Position numbers and translations under genes: made by a program
Notes under the pieces: model-generated
Seen by the model: only the letters and a program-made list of their open reading frames with translations
Told to the model about the DNA's origin: nothing
The model's database searches: none
Part shown: piece by piece, positions 1-9,618 of the stretch
How positions within the stretch are numbered: position 1 is the first letter of the stretch
How the letters are laid out: the number at the start of each line of letters is the position of its first letter
DNA from: Veterinaerplatzvirus T145P1
Reading direction: 5' to 3' (one strand)
Sequence record: OZ035786.1
Length of the DNA stretch: 45,312 nt

Positions 1-29
1 ATAATCTGACCTCAACAAAGGAGGATTAA

Positions 30-536
30 ATGAGCAAAACAGCATTAAAGATGGGTGAGGGAAATTTCAAGGCGCTCTACAACAAGAAGTATGGCGATAT
101 TGCTATGGTGGCAATTAACCGCAAGTACACGCCTGAGGAAGTTTTCGATTTCGCCGTTAGGTACTTCTCATGGGCTGAAAGTACGGCAATCAAGGCCGCT
201 GAGACAGCATCATTTCAGGGCATGGTCACTGAACACCTCATACATAAACCTCGAGTATTCACATTAACCGGGCTGGCGCTCTTCATGGGTGTTAATATCA
301 ATAGGTTCGCTCGCTGGCGTACTGAGGCTGGATACTCTGACGTGATGGAATTCATTGATAACGTAATCTACGAGCAGAAATACCAGCTTGGCGTCGCAGG
401 CATCATCAACTCCACCATCGTTGGTAAAGAGCTTGGCATTGATAAGCCGCAGGAGATTACCATTAGCAACAACTCCACAGCTAACGACGTTGACAGCATG
501 AAGGAAGCGCTGGAATCTGTTATTGGTAAACTATAA
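30..536 (+). CDS. terminase small subunit (putative)
   Basis: 168-aa ORF immediately upstream of the large terminase, SD aaggagga 6 nt before ATG; call is positional, no diagnostic motif seen. Confidence 0.55.
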   Translation: MSKTALKMGEGNFKALYNKKYGDIAMVAINRKYTPEEVFDFAVRYFSWAESTAIKAAETASFQGMVTEHLIHKPRVFTLTGLALFMGVNINRFARWRTEAGYSDVMEFIDNVIYEQKYQLGVAGIINSTIVGKELGIDKPQEITISNNSTANDVDSMKEALESVIGKL

Positions 537-553
537 CAATAAGAGGGTATAAC

Positions 554-2119
554 ATGTCTTTAGTATGGGAAGAAATGACCATTCAGGAAAAGATGGCGGT
601 TAAGGCGATATCAGAACACAGCTTCGAGGGGTTTCTTCGCTGCTGGTTTTCAATAACGCAAGGCGAGCGATATATCCCTAACTGGCATCACAAATATCTA
701 TGCCGAATTATCGACGAGATTATTGCAGGTGAGCGCAAGGACACTATAATTAACATAGCGCCTGGTAGCGGGAAGACAGAGATCGCATCAATCCACTTCC
801 AGGCCTACTCGATGGTTAAGCTGAAGAAGGTGAGGAACCTTAACATCTCATTTGCTGACTCCCTGGTTAAGCGCAACTCTAAGCGCGTACGTGACCTTAT
901 CAAGTCTCAAGAATTTCAATCACTATGGCCTTGCAAGTTTGGCACATGCAAAGACGATGAACTTCAGGTTCTTGATGAGAGTGGCAGGGTTAGATTTGAG
1001 TCAATATCAAAGGCGGCTGGGGGTCAGATTACTGGTGCTCGAGGTGGTTATATAACAGAAACATATAGCGGAGCCGTTCTATTGGATGATTTTGACAAAC
1101 CCGCAGATATGCTTTCTCCGGTTTATCGAGCTAACAACCACGTAATGCTTAAGAACACAATTCGATCACGTCGCGCTAGCTCTGTAAAGGGAAAGGCAAC
1201 ACCAATTATCTCTATACAGCAGCGCCTGCACGTCAATGACTCAACCTGGTTCATGATGGAAGGCGGTATGGGCATCGAATTCGATTTAATTAAGATACCA
1301 GCGCTAGTTACCGATGATTACATCGATTCACTTCCTGACTGGATTAAAGATCAGTTTGCTGAGGACGTACTAAGCAGTGAATATATTGAGCGAGATGGAG
1401 TAAAGTACTACAGCTACTTTCCTAAAAAGGAATCCGTAAACGACCTGGTGGCAATGTGGGATAGTGACCCGTACACTTTCCTTAGCCAATATCAACAATG
1501 CCCAGTGGCTCTTGGCGGTAACCTGATTAACGTGGATTGGTTCCAGCGTCTTAGTGATACATTCAGGCCTCCAGCTAAGTACGATTACAGATTCATCACA
1601 TGCGATACTGCGATGACTACAAAGAGTTATAGTGACTTCTCCGTGCTTCAGTTATGGGGCTATAAGGATGCTAAGATTTACCTGATAGACCAGCGCAGGG
1701 GAAAATGGGAAGCACCAGAGTTGGAGGCTGAACTGCTGGACTTCGAGAAGAAATCAAGGGCAACCAGTCAGTCAGATGGTATCCTCAGAAGGATTATTAT
1801 CGAGAAGAAAGCGTCTGGTATCGGCCTGATTCAATCAGCTGGCAGGGTTATGCGAACACCGATAGAGCCATACGTACCGGATAACGACAAGCTGACTCGC
1901 GTAATGAGCGCATTGCCACAGATTAAGGCTGGTAATGTCGTTCTTCCAGAGTCTGCGCCGTGGCTAAACGGATTGCTTACTGAGGTTGCTGCTTTTACGG
2001 CAGATGATAGCCACAAACACGACGACCAGATTGACTGTCTAACTATGGCAATCAACCTGGTACTTAACATTGCGGACGACCCCAAAGCGCGACTAATGCG
2101 CATAGCGGGAATTAAATAG
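554..2119 (+). CDS. terL: terminase large subunit
   Basis: 521 aa; Walker A-like PGSGKTE near N-terminus, acidic nuclease-like C-terminal half (DDFDKP, DDQIDC); position after small subunit. Confidence 0.88.
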   Translation: MSLVWEEMTIQEKMAVKAISEHSFEGFLRCWFSITQGERYIPNWHHKYLCRIIDEIIAGERKDTIINIAPGSGKTEIASIHFQAYSMVKLKKVRNLNISFADSLVKRNSKRVRDLIKSQEFQSLWPCKFGTCKDDELQVLDESGRVRFESISKAAGGQITGARGGYITETYSGAVLLDDFDKPADMLSPVYRANNHVMLKNTIRSRRASSVKGKATPIISIQQRLHVNDSTWFMMEGGMGIEFDLIKIPALVTDDYIDSLPDWIKDQFAEDVLSSEYIERDGVKYYSYFPKKESVNDLVAMWDSDPYTFLSQYQQCPVALGGNLINVDWFQRLSDTFRPPAKYDYRFITCDTAMTTKSYSDFSVLQLWGYKDAKIYLIDQRRGKWEAPELEAELLDFEKKSRATSQSDGILRRIIIEKKASGIGLIQSAGRVMRTPIEPYVPDNDKLTRVMSALPQIKAGNVVLPESAPWLNGLLTEVAAFTADDSHKHDDQIDCLTMAINLVLNIADDPKARLMRIAGIK

Positions 2120-2159
2120 CACGAATTGCTAAACGCTAGAGCCACGGATGGCGTATAGT
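2116..2159 (+). promoter_or_regulatory. phage promoter family copy: TAGCA-N5-TGCTA palindrome, 22-bp spacer, TATAGT
   Basis: atagcacgaattgctaaa overlapping the terL stop codon, tatagtta 22 bp downstream; drives 2191..2565. Confidence 0.6.
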
Positions 2160-2190
2160 TACTTCACACCAACAAGAGGAGAAAAGGCAA

Positions 2191-2565
2191 ATGAAAAACA
2201 AATCAAAGGCTTTATATCTTGGAAACACTTATGACGAGTGTTGTGAATTCACGCCGGGAAGAGAGTACGATTGTTACGATCTTGGTGATGGATTTATTGG
2301 TCTTTGCGATGATAATGATACTGAACGTTGCATTAAAAACGGAACGTTCTACAAGTTTAAACTAATCAATGAGGATCATTTTGTAACTGAAACTGAGTGC
2401 GCATCCATGCAGCCTAGCGCCGATAAAAAACCCGAGTTTAGATATTACATCAATGGCGAAGTGGTTACTAAGGTAAAGTTCGACGATACGCTATTATGCG
2501 TCAAGGACTTTGAATCTAGTGGGGTTGATACATCATCAATCAAGTTCGAAGTAAAATTCGAGTAA
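2191..2565 (+). CDS. hypothetical Cys-rich protein (moron-like insert between terminase and portal)
   Basis: 124-aa ORF with SD agaggag, own upstream promoter copy and own downstream terminator; 8 Cys, no signal peptide. Confidence 0.6.
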   Translation: MKNKSKALYLGNTYDECCEFTPGREYDCYDLGDGFIGLCDDNDTERCIKNGTFYKFKLINEDHFVTETECASMQPSADKKPEFRYYINGEVVTKVKFDDTLLCVKDFESSGVDTSSIKFEVKFE

Positions 2566-2586
2566 TCAAAAACCGTGTGATAAACT

Positions 2587-2609
2587 AGCCCCCACATGGG
2601 GCTTTTTTT
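2587..2609 (+). terminator. rho-independent terminator
   Basis: agcccc-caca-tggggct hairpin followed by T7 run. Confidence 0.7.
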
Positions 2610-2623
2610 ATTGGAGAAATGCA

Positions 2624-3874
2624 ATGGTAAAGACAGACAGCTACGCCAATATCTTTCTCGGCGGCAGTGATGGTAGTGAGATTTACGGGAGCTTACAGAA
2701 TCAGGAGCCTACAATCCTGGCTTCTCTTTATGCGAATAATGCGCTGGTACGTAGAATTATCGACACAATCCCTGAGACAGCATTAGCGGCAGGATTCCAC
2801 ATTGATGGTATTGATGATGAGCCAGCATTTTGGTCGCGATGGGATGACCTGGAAATGACGCAGAATATTAACGACGCCTGGGCGTGGGCGAGATTATTCG
2901 GTGGCGCCGCTATTGTGGCTATCGTTAAGGACAATAGGGCACTAACAAGTGCGGTCAGAGAAGGTGCTGAGCTTGAAACAGTTCGCGTTTACGACCGCAC
3001 GCAAGTAAAAGTACAAACTCGCGAGGAGAATCCCCGTAACGCACGTTTTGGTAAGCCACTAACCTATCGCATCACCACAAATGAGAGCGATATGTTCTAT
3101 GATGTGCACTACAGCCGAATTCACATCATTGACGGAGAGCGAATTCCTAACGTAATGCGTCGGCAAAATGATGGCTGGGGCCGTAGCGTTCTATCCAGTG
3201 ACATTCTTGACTCAATTAAGGATTACACCAACTGTGAACGACTTGCTACGCAATTACTGAAGCGCAAGCAGCAGGCGGTGTGGAAGGCGAAAGGTCTGGC
3301 TGAGTTATGTGATGATAGCGAAGGATTTGGTGCAGCTCGATTGAGACTTGCACAGGTTGACAACAATAGCGGCGTAGGCCAGGCGATTGGTATCGATGCG
3401 GAATCTGAAGAATACAGCATTCTCAACTCCGATATTGGCGGGATCGATGCGTTCCTGGATAAGAAGTTCGATAGAATCGTTGCCCTGAGCGGTATCCATG
3501 AAATCATCCTGAAAAACAAGAACGTTGGTGGTGTGTCATCAAGCCAGAATACAGCCCTTGAGACATTCCATAAGCTAGTTGACCGCAAACGCAACTCTGA
3601 GTTGCTTCCTATTCTTGGGTTCTTAATCCCGTTCATCGTAAATGTAGAAGAGTGGTCAGTTGAGTTTTATCCTTTAGCTCAGGAATCAAGCAAGGATAAG
3701 GCTGAGATTCTGGAGAAGAACGTAAACAGCATTGCATCACTAATTGCATCTGGCGCTATGAATGCTAACGAGGCGCGTGATACACTACGAGCCATCGCAC
3801 CAGAGATTAAGATTGGTGATGGTGATATTGAAGCTCAACAACAAGAAAAATCAGAGGAGGTTGTGATTGCTTAA
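2624..3874 (+). CDS. portal protein (putative)
   Basis: 416-aa ORF directly after terminase genes, acidic C-terminus; size and position typical of siphophage portal. Confidence 0.7.
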   Translation: MVKTDSYANIFLGGSDGSEIYGSLQNQEPTILASLYANNALVRRIIDTIPETALAAGFHIDGIDDEPAFWSRWDDLEMTQNINDAWAWARLFGGAAIVAIVKDNRALTSAVREGAELETVRVYDRTQVKVQTREENPRNARFGKPLTYRITTNESDMFYDVHYSRIHIIDGERIPNVMRRQNDGWGRSVLSSDILDSIKDYTNCERLATQLLKRKQQAVWKAKGLAELCDDSEGFGAARLRLAQVDNNSGVGQAIGIDAESEEYSILNSDIGGIDAFLDKKFDRIVALSGIHEIILKNKNVGGVSSSQNTALETFHKLVDRKRNSELLPILGFLIPFIVNVEEWSVEFYPLAQESSKDKAEILEKNVNSIASLIASGAMNANEARDTLRAIAPEIKIGDGDIEAQQQEKSEEVVIA

Positions 3875-3939
3875 ATTAATTGGTTACGGTGGGGGTTAAT
3901 GAATGATGAATTTGATGGCTTTTAGTGAGGAGAATTGGG

Positions 3940-5028
3940 ATGTCTAAAATCCGATATGACAACGCAAAGTTTAAGGCAACAATCGACGAGAATGGATTCT
4001 TAGTAGATACGCCAGTTGTCGCACGTCTCGGCGTGCAAGTCTACTACATGGAGGACGGCCGCACTGTTCGGGAGTTTCGCCCAGCCGAGGAGGTTTTCAA
4101 AGATGAATCTCTAGCGAGCTACCAGGGCAAGCCAATGACCATGGACCATGTTTTCGTTAACTCAGAGAATGCTAAAGAGGTGGTGGTAGGATCGGTTGCT
4201 GGAAAGGCGGAGCCATTAGGCAGCTCTGTAGTTGCTCCAATTGTTATTTACGATAGTGCCGCCATCAAGGAAGCCATGGCAGGTAATGCAAAGGAGTTAT
4301 CCGTTGGATACTCATCAGTTATTGATTACACCCCCGGCTGGGGCGACCCTGTTACTGGCGAGTACTTCCTCAAGTCTGAAAGTGAGCTATTCGACGTACC
4401 AGAAGGATGGCAGGAGTTCGACGCAATTCAGCGTGACATTAAAGTGAACCATCTGGCAATGGTGTATCGCGGTCGCGCAGGCATTGCCAAATTGAATATG
4501 GACGGTGAGCAGGAAAACCCGTATACTACTGACGTTGATATCAATAAAGAGGATAAACAGGAAATGACAGTTAAAATTAAACTCGACGGCGCGCAGGAAT
4601 TTGAGGTCGCCCCGGAAATCGCCTCTCACATCGAAGCACTGAACGCAAAGGCTGACACCGCAATCGCAGAGCGCGATTCTCTGAAAGCTAAAGTAGATGC
4701 AATGCCAGCTGAAATCGAAGCTGCCGTTGCTAAAGCGAAAGCTGATGCTGATGCCCTAGCCGCTCTGGTTGCTGTTGCTGCTGAGGCTGGTGTTAAGGCT
4801 GACGGTCTGGATGCTAAAGGCATTAAAGTTGCTTACGTTAAAGAAGTCTCCGGTCTTGATGTTAGTGAGAAGTCTGACGCATACATCGACGCGGCATTCG
4901 ACATTGCCAAAGAATCTGATAAAATGGCTGAAGTACGTAAAGCAACTACTGCTTCCGACAAATCTGACAGCGCCGATGAGCCTAAGAAATTAGACCCACG
5001 TGCTCGTTTAGCTAAAATTAAGAAATAA
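3940..5028 (+). CDS. capsid morphogenesis protein (scaffold-like, possible prohead protease-scaffold)
   Basis: Track ORF starts at GTG 3925; in-frame ATG 3940 has SD gaggag 7 nt upstream. C-terminal third is Ala/Lys/Glu-rich coiled-coil-like, typical of scaffolds. Confidence 0.55.
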   Translation: MSKIRYDNAKFKATIDENGFLVDTPVVARLGVQVYYMEDGRTVREFRPAEEVFKDESLASYQGKPMTMDHVFVNSENAKEVVVGSVAGKAEPLGSSVVAPIVIYDSAAIKEAMAGNAKELSVGYSSVIDYTPGWGDPVTGEYFLKSESELFDVPEGWQEFDAIQRDIKVNHLAMVYRGRAGIAKLNMDGEQENPYTTDVDINKEDKQEMTVKIKLDGAQEFEVAPEIASHIEALNAKADTAIAERDSLKAKVDAMPAEIEAAVAKAKADADALAALVAVAAEAGVKADGLDAKGIKVAYVKEVSGLDVSEKSDAYIDAAFDIAKESDKMAEVRKATTASDKSDSADEPKKLDPRARLAKIKK

Positions 5029-5040
5029 GGAGTTATAAAC

Positions 5041-5562
5041 ATGGCAATTCGTTCCGTAGCACTGGCTGGTATGGTTTCTGATACTTCTCTGTACAACATC
5101 GACGGCGCTTGCGTAGTTGGCGGCGCAGCAGCCATTCCGGTTGGCACTTTTGTTGGCGTTACATCAGCTCAGCCTGTAGATGGTCACAAAGTTGTTGGGC
5201 TTCCTGCTGTGACTGGCACACCAGTTAAACCTTACGGTGTTGTTGTTAAATCTCATTATGAGACTCCAGATGGCACCGCTCGCGTAAATGAAGCGGTTAA
5301 CGTGATGACACACGGTCGAATCTGGGTTCGTACAACTCTAGCGGCTGCGCCAGTTTTTGGTAGTAAGGTTTACGTAAACGCGAGTGGCGTTGTTGCTGCT
5401 AAGGCTGCTACCACTACCTGGGAAACTGGTTTTACATTTGCTGGTGGCTATGTGTCGGCTTACGCTGGCGGCGCTGACCCAATTAAGCAAGGTGAAAGCG
5501 TTGATGGTGCAATGGTTGAGGTTCAGTTGATTCAATCAGCAGACTCAACTGTCGCCGCTTAA
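5041..5562 (+). CDS. capsid-associated structural protein (putative decoration or minor head protein)
   Basis: 173-aa Gly/Ala/Val-rich ORF between scaffold-like gene and major capsid gene, SD aaggag. Confidence 0.4.
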   Translation: MAIRSVALAGMVSDTSLYNIDGACVVGGAAAIPVGTFVGVTSAQPVDGHKVVGLPAVTGTPVKPYGVVVKSHYETPDGTARVNEAVNVMTHGRIWVRTTLAAAPVFGSKVYVNASGVVAAKAATTTWETGFTFAGGYVSAYAGGADPIKQGESVDGAMVEVQLIQSADSTVAA

Positions 5563-5578
5563 TAATTAAGATATATAA

Positions 5579-5601
5579 AGCCTCCTTCGGGAGGTTTTTT
5601 T
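5579..5601 (+). terminator. rho-independent terminator
   Basis: gcctcc-ttcg-ggaggt hairpin followed by T7. Confidence 0.75.
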
Positions 5602-5607
5602 ATACCA

Positions 5608-5635
5608 TTGCGTGGGCTAAAAACTCGTGTATAAT
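5608..5635 (+). promoter_or_regulatory. sigma70-like promoter upstream of major capsid gene
   Basis: TTGCGT, 16-bp spacer, TATAAT (preceded by TG). Confidence 0.5.
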
Positions 5636-5673
5636 GAACCCGTAGACACCTAACTGAAAAGGAACAATAAAGA

Positions 5674-6618
5674 ATGGCCATTAAATTTGATGCAGAACAA
5701 GCAAAAATCACCGCTCACCTCGAGCAAATGGGCGTAGAGAAAGCAGATGCCGCTGGTATCTGGACTGTTAAGCAACTGACCGCCAATCTGGCACGAGCTT
5801 ACGAAAAAGAATATGCAGACAACTCCGTTGTTAATATCTTCCCTGTGACCAATGAAATCCCTGGTCATGCGAAATATTTCGAATATCCAGAATTTGACGG
5901 CGCTGGCATTGCTCAGATTATCGCCGATTACTCTGACGACTTGCCGCTGGTTGATGCGTTTATGACCGAGAAACAGGGTAAAGTGTTCCGCTTTGGTAAC
6001 GCGTTCCTGATCTCCACTGACGAAATCAAAGCAGGTGCGGCAACTGGTCAGCCACTGTCGGCTCGCAAACAGGCTCTGGCATTCGAAGCGCATGATAACC
6101 TGCTGGATAAACTGGTATGGTCAGGCTCTACACCACACGGAATTCCTAGCGTGTTCAATCATCCGAACATCAACAACGTTGTTTCTGGTGGTGCGTGGAG
6201 CTCTGCAGCTGCCGCCATGACTGATATTACCGCACTTATTGATGCAATCGAGACTGCGACTAATGGCACTCACACCGCAACTGATATCTTGCTGCCTGCC
6301 TCCGCTCGCCGCCTGATGCAAGAACTGGTGCCGAATACATCTATCAGCTACGCCCAGCTGTTCGCTACCAATAACTCTGGTATCACTCTGCGTTATCTTC
6401 AGTTCCTGGATAACTACGACGGAGCAGGCGGTAAAGCAGCATTGGCGTTTGAAAAGAATCCTCTCAACCTTTCGATTGAGATCCCGGAAGCGACCAATGT
6501 ACTTCCCGGACAGCCTAAGGATTTGCACATCCGCTACCCTGTTACCTCCAAAGCAACAGGATTGATTTTATATCGCCCTCTGACGGTGGCCGTAATGAAA
6601 GGTATCACCTTCGCGTGA
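5674..6618 (+). CDS. major capsid protein
   Basis: 314-aa ORF with strong SD aaaaggaa, own promoter and flanking terminators (high-expression unit); size and position fit an HK97-fold capsid protein. Confidence 0.7.
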   Translation: MAIKFDAEQAKITAHLEQMGVEKADAAGIWTVKQLTANLARAYEKEYADNSVVNIFPVTNEIPGHAKYFEYPEFDGAGIAQIIADYSDDLPLVDAFMTEKQGKVFRFGNAFLISTDEIKAGAATGQPLSARKQALAFEAHDNLLDKLVWSGSTPHGIPSVFNHPNINNVVSGGAWSSAAAAMTDITALIDAIETATNGTHTATDILLPASARRLMQELVPNTSISYAQLFATNNSGITLRYLQFLDNYDGAGGKAALAFEKNPLNLSIEIPEATNVLPGQPKDLHIRYPVTSKATGLILYRPLTVAVMKGITFA

Positions 6619-6624
6619 TAAATC

Positions 6625-6646
6625 GCCCTCTTCGGAGGGCTTTTTT
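6625..6646 (+). terminator. rho-independent terminator
   Basis: gccctc-ttcg-gagggc hairpin followed by T6. Confidence 0.75.
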
Positions 6647-6709
6647 ACGTCTGTACCAAATGGATTTGTTGGGTTATAATCACTCAATCAGATAACAAAG
6701 GAGACAAAA

Positions 6710-6955
6710 ATGATTCGTTTAGAACACACTGGCGCTTGCCTTATCGTTTACAGGGGTGAGAAATATTTGCCTGGTGACACTTTCGAGGTTGATGCAATTT
6801 GCGACGGACTCAAGCGTTTAATCGCAGAGGGTAAACTCACCATTGAGGGTGACGCCAAAGCAACCAAACAAATCGCGCAAGAAGTTGTTAGCAAGAAAAA
6901 GCGCAGAGAACCGAAAACCATCTCCGAGGCTGAGACTGGTAACGAGTACAAATAA
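6710..6955 (+). CDS. hypothetical protein (small gene bracketed by two terminators)
   Basis: 81-aa ORF, SD aaggaga, basic C-terminal tail. Confidence 0.5.
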   Translation: MIRLEHTGACLIVYRGEKYLPGDTFEVDAICDGLKRLIAEGKLTIEGDAKATKQIAQEVVSKKKRREPKTISEAETGNEYK

Positions 6956-6961
6956 TAAACA

Positions 6962-6983
6962 GGGCGCTTCGGCGTCCTTTATT
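6962..6983 (+). terminator. rho-independent terminator (imperfect)
   Basis: gggcgc-ttcg-gcgtcc hairpin with one G-U pair, then tttatt. Confidence 0.5.
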
Positions 6984-6996
6984 GTATGGAGCTAAT

Positions 6997-7398
6997 ATGA
7001 ATGATGCAATTTTGGCGTTTATGCGCTCGCTTGTACCTGCTCTCAAAGCGGCGGATGACGAATCAATTAATGTATGGATTGATTTGGCACGTCTATACGT
7101 ATGCGAAAGCAAGTTTGGAGCAGACAAAGACAAGGCTGTCGGCCTTTATGCATTGCACCTGATGCTTGCTGATGGCGCGTTTAAAGGCGAGAACGAAGGT
7201 CTGGAAACATACAGTCGTAGAATGGCAAGTTACGCACTGAGCGGTGAATTCTCTATCACATATGATACCCAATCAGCAGCATCTGGTGATTTATCATCTT
7301 CTCAATTCGGTAGGATGTATAAGGCGCTTCTTCGCAAGAAAGGCGGTGGATTTGGATTAATTACTTCCGCTACTGGCGGTGGGTGCGGTTGCCGATGA
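6997..7398 (+). CDS. head-tail connector/adaptor protein (putative)
   Basis: Track ORF starts at TTG 6982; ATG 6997 has SD ggag. Position between capsid and tail genes. Confidence 0.45.
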   Translation: MNDAILAFMRSLVPALKAADDESINVWIDLARLYVCESKFGADKDKAVGLYALHLMLADGAFKGENEGLETYSRRMASYALSGEFSITYDTQSAASGDLSSSQFGRMYKALLRKKGGGFGLITSATGGGCGCR

Positions 7399-7766
7399 AC
7401 TACAGCGAAATAGAATCAATCACTCGCGAAGGAATTAACTTCTTTAGTGATGCCAATGGCGTTTACGAGATGAGTACTGGCGCTGGATATGTTGAAATCG
7501 TTAACGGCGTTGAGGTTGAGTTTCCTTCGCAAACATTCCAGCTAAAGGGTTTGGTTCGAGAAATCAAGACTCGCGATATAGATGGTGAGTTTATCCATTT
7601 TGGCGATAAGCGCGGAATCTTCACAGCTCAGGTGGAAATTAAGCAGGGTTATCAGATTAAAGTTGATGGTGAGACTTTTGTTGTTGTTGATCCGCGACCA
7701 GTTAAACCAACTGGTACAGTGGTTGGTTACAGACCGATTCTTCGTAGGGTGGCTACTTATGGCTAG
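7395..7766 (+). CDS. head closure / head-tail joining protein (putative)
   Basis: ATG overlaps upstream stop (ATGA); 123-aa ORF in the connector gene run. Confidence 0.45.
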   Translation: MNYSEIESITREGINFFSDANGVYEMSTGAGYVEIVNGVEVEFPSQTFQLKGLVREIKTRDIDGEFIHFGDKRGIFTAQVEIKQGYQIKVDGETFVVVDPRPVKPTGTVVGYRPILRRVATYG

Positions 7767-8196
7767 AAATATTGGAAGCGTCGCTACGTTTGAGAAATCT
7801 ATTACTGACTGGATTGACAGAGCAGATAAGGGATTTGAAATTGTGGTCGCTAATACGGTCACTAAAACAGCCAACGCAATTGTGGACCTTTCCCCTGTCG
7901 ACACTGGTAGATTCAAGGCTAACTGGCAAATTACCGCAAACTCACCAGCCCAGCAGTCTCTGAATGAGTACGATCAGACTGGCGGGCAGACAAAAACATA
8001 TCTCGCCAGACAAGCCAGAGCAGTAGCCAATTCAAAAGCCACTAGTGTTATTTATATTACTAACCGACTTGATTACGCAGCCGACCTTGAGTATGGAGCT
8101 TCAAATCAGGCTCCGTCTGGTGTTTTGGGCGTGGTGCAAGCGAGGCTTGGCAGGTATTTTCAAGAAGCAGTGGAGGAGGCTCGTCGTGCAATATGA
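7759..8196 (+). CDS. neck / tail completion protein (putative)
   Basis: In-frame ATG at residue 60 of track ORF 7582..8196 overlaps upstream stop (ATGGCTAG); upstream part of the track ORF lies inside the preceding gene. Confidence 0.45.
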   Translation: MARNIGSVATFEKSITDWIDRADKGFEIVVANTVTKTANAIVDLSPVDTGRFKANWQITANSPAQQSLNEYDQTGGQTKTYLARQARAVANSKATSVIYITNRLDYAADLEYGASNQAPSGVLGVVQARLGRYFQEAVEEARRAI

Positions 8197-8587
8197 ATTA
8201 TCATTAGCAGCAAGGAAATTCGTCAACGATTTGTTGGTAAATGAATTTCCGGTCAGATATCCAGTTGCGTGGGAGAATGCTGCATTCACCCCTCCTGCGG
8301 ATGGATCAATCTGGCTTAAGTACGACTACACGGAAGTTGATACTGTAACCTACGGATTAAGCAGGAAGTGCAAATACTACGTAGGCATGGTGCAGATTTC
8401 TGTTTTCTTCAGCCCTGGCACTGGAATTGATAGACCCAGACAAATCGCTAATCAATTGGCAGAATCTATCGTTGATGGTACAATGCTTGACAGCGGGACC
8501 ATTTATGAGTCTGGAGTTGTTAACCCGGTTATCAAATCCAAATCTGGGTGGTTTATCCCGGTTCGTTTTTATGTTCGTCTAGACTAA
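8186..8587 (+). CDS. tail terminator-like protein (putative)
   Basis: GTG start 6 nt after SD ggaggagg and just before upstream stop; the track ATG at 8045 would overlap the previous gene by about 150 nt. Confidence 0.4.
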   Translation: MQYELSLAARKFVNDLLVNEFPVRYPVAWENAAFTPPADGSIWLKYDYTEVDTVTYGLSRKCKYYVGMVQISVFFSPGTGIDRPRQIANQLAESIVDGTMLDSGTIYESGVVNPVIKSKSGWFIPVRFYVRLD

Positions 8588-8602
8588 CAAAAGGAAAAAT
8601 AA

Positions 8603-9259
8603 ATGGCTCATCTCAGCAATGGCACGCAGGTCTTCGTAGAAGGCTCTCGCGGAGCTGCAATTGACGTAACTGCAATTTCTAACGCAGTTACCCCTGTTTT
8701 AACTGTATCTGACGCCTCTGACTTGGTCGTTGGTGATTACTTGCTTTTCACCTCTTCTGCCTCAACTCTTCTGGCTGACAAGCAGGTTCGCGTAACTGCA
8801 ATCACTGATACGTCAGTAACCGTTGAAGGTATTGATACCTCCAGCACCACTAAGTTCCCTGCTGGTCTAACTGGTGAAGTTGTTAAAATTACTTCATGGT
8901 TCGAGGTTCCTTGTGTTCAGGACGTATCTACTGACGGCGGCGAACAGCAGTTCGTTAACTTCCAGTGCTTGTCAGATGACCGCGAACAGAAGATTCCGAC
9001 TTATAAATCTGCCGTAACAAACACCTTCACCTTTGCTCACGAGTACACTAACCCGGTTTATCCGGTTCTGCGTAACTACGACGAGTCTGGCCAGGTTGTT
9101 GCGATTCGTCTGTTCGTACCTCGCGCTCAGGAAATGCGTTTACAGTCCGGCACTATCGCTTTCAACGACACCCCTACCATTGGTGTTAACGAAATCGAAA
9201 CGGTATCCATCGCAGTATCCATTCGTGGGCGCCTATCCTCTGTGGCAGCAGAAGTTTAA
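8603..9259 (+). CDS. major tail protein (tube)
   Basis: 218-aa Thr/Ser/Val-rich ORF, SD aaggaaaa, followed by strong terminator; position before the chaperone/tape-measure genes. Confidence 0.7.
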   Translation: MAHLSNGTQVFVEGSRGAAIDVTAISNAVTPVLTVSDASDLVVGDYLLFTSSASTLLADKQVRVTAITDTSVTVEGIDTSSTTKFPAGLTGEVVKITSWFEVPCVQDVSTDGGEQQFVNFQCLSDDREQKIPTYKSAVTNTFTFAHEYTNPVYPVLRNYDESGQVVAIRLFVPRAQEMRLQSGTIAFNDTPTIGVNEIETVSIAVSIRGRLSSVAAEV

Positions 9260-9267
9260 AGCACAAA

Positions 9268-9287
9268 CCCTCTTCGGAGGGTTTTTT
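9268..9287 (+). terminator. rho-independent terminator
   Basis: ccctc-ttcg-gaggg hairpin followed by T6. Confidence 0.8.
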
Positions 9288-9292
9288 ATTGC

Positions 9293-9336
9293 ATAGCACT
9301 TTTTGCTAAAGCGGTTATTCAACTTTGCTGTATAGT
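9293..9336 (+). promoter_or_regulatory. phage promoter family copy
   Basis: atagcactttttgctaaa, 22 bp, tatagtta, then cctcatcgaaacgaaa leader. Confidence 0.6.
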
Positions 9337-9369
9337 TACCTCATCGAAACGAAATGAGAGATTAAAGAA

Positions 9370-9618
9370 ATGAATAACGTTAAAAACATCATCAAGCTCG
9401 CTGCGGTTCTGTTTGCTTTTTATGCGGTAGTTCAGATTGTAAACCCAACAGGTGAGGCTGATGCCAATAGCAAGGCAAACAAATATACTGTTGAATTTGC
9501 TAAGGCTGAGCGAGCATGTCAGGAGCTTGTAGGTGGCAAAGTTGACCAAATCATGAAATACGGCAAAGAGGTTTGTAAGGGCTCGGCTGCTAAGATTGCA
9601 AAAGAAAACACTAAGTAA
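9370..9618 (+). CDS. small secreted or membrane protein (moron-like, inside tail module)
   Basis: 82-aa ORF; N-terminal hydrophobic segment IIKLAAVLFAFYAVVQIV; two Cys; own promoter. Confidence 0.5.
   Translation: MNNVKNIIKLAAVLFAFYAVVQIVNPTGEADANSKANKYTVEFAKAERACQELVGGKVDQIMKYGKEVCKGSAAKIAKENTK

Noticed and set aside
1831-2145. Reverse-strand ORFs from the track lying inside large forward genes (for example 1831..2145, 2728..2934, 3223..3636, 10323..10574, 11532..11960, 16705..17016)
   Set aside because: They are fully embedded antisense to long, well-supported genes, lack SD sequences and have biased low-complexity composition; treated as shadow ORFs.
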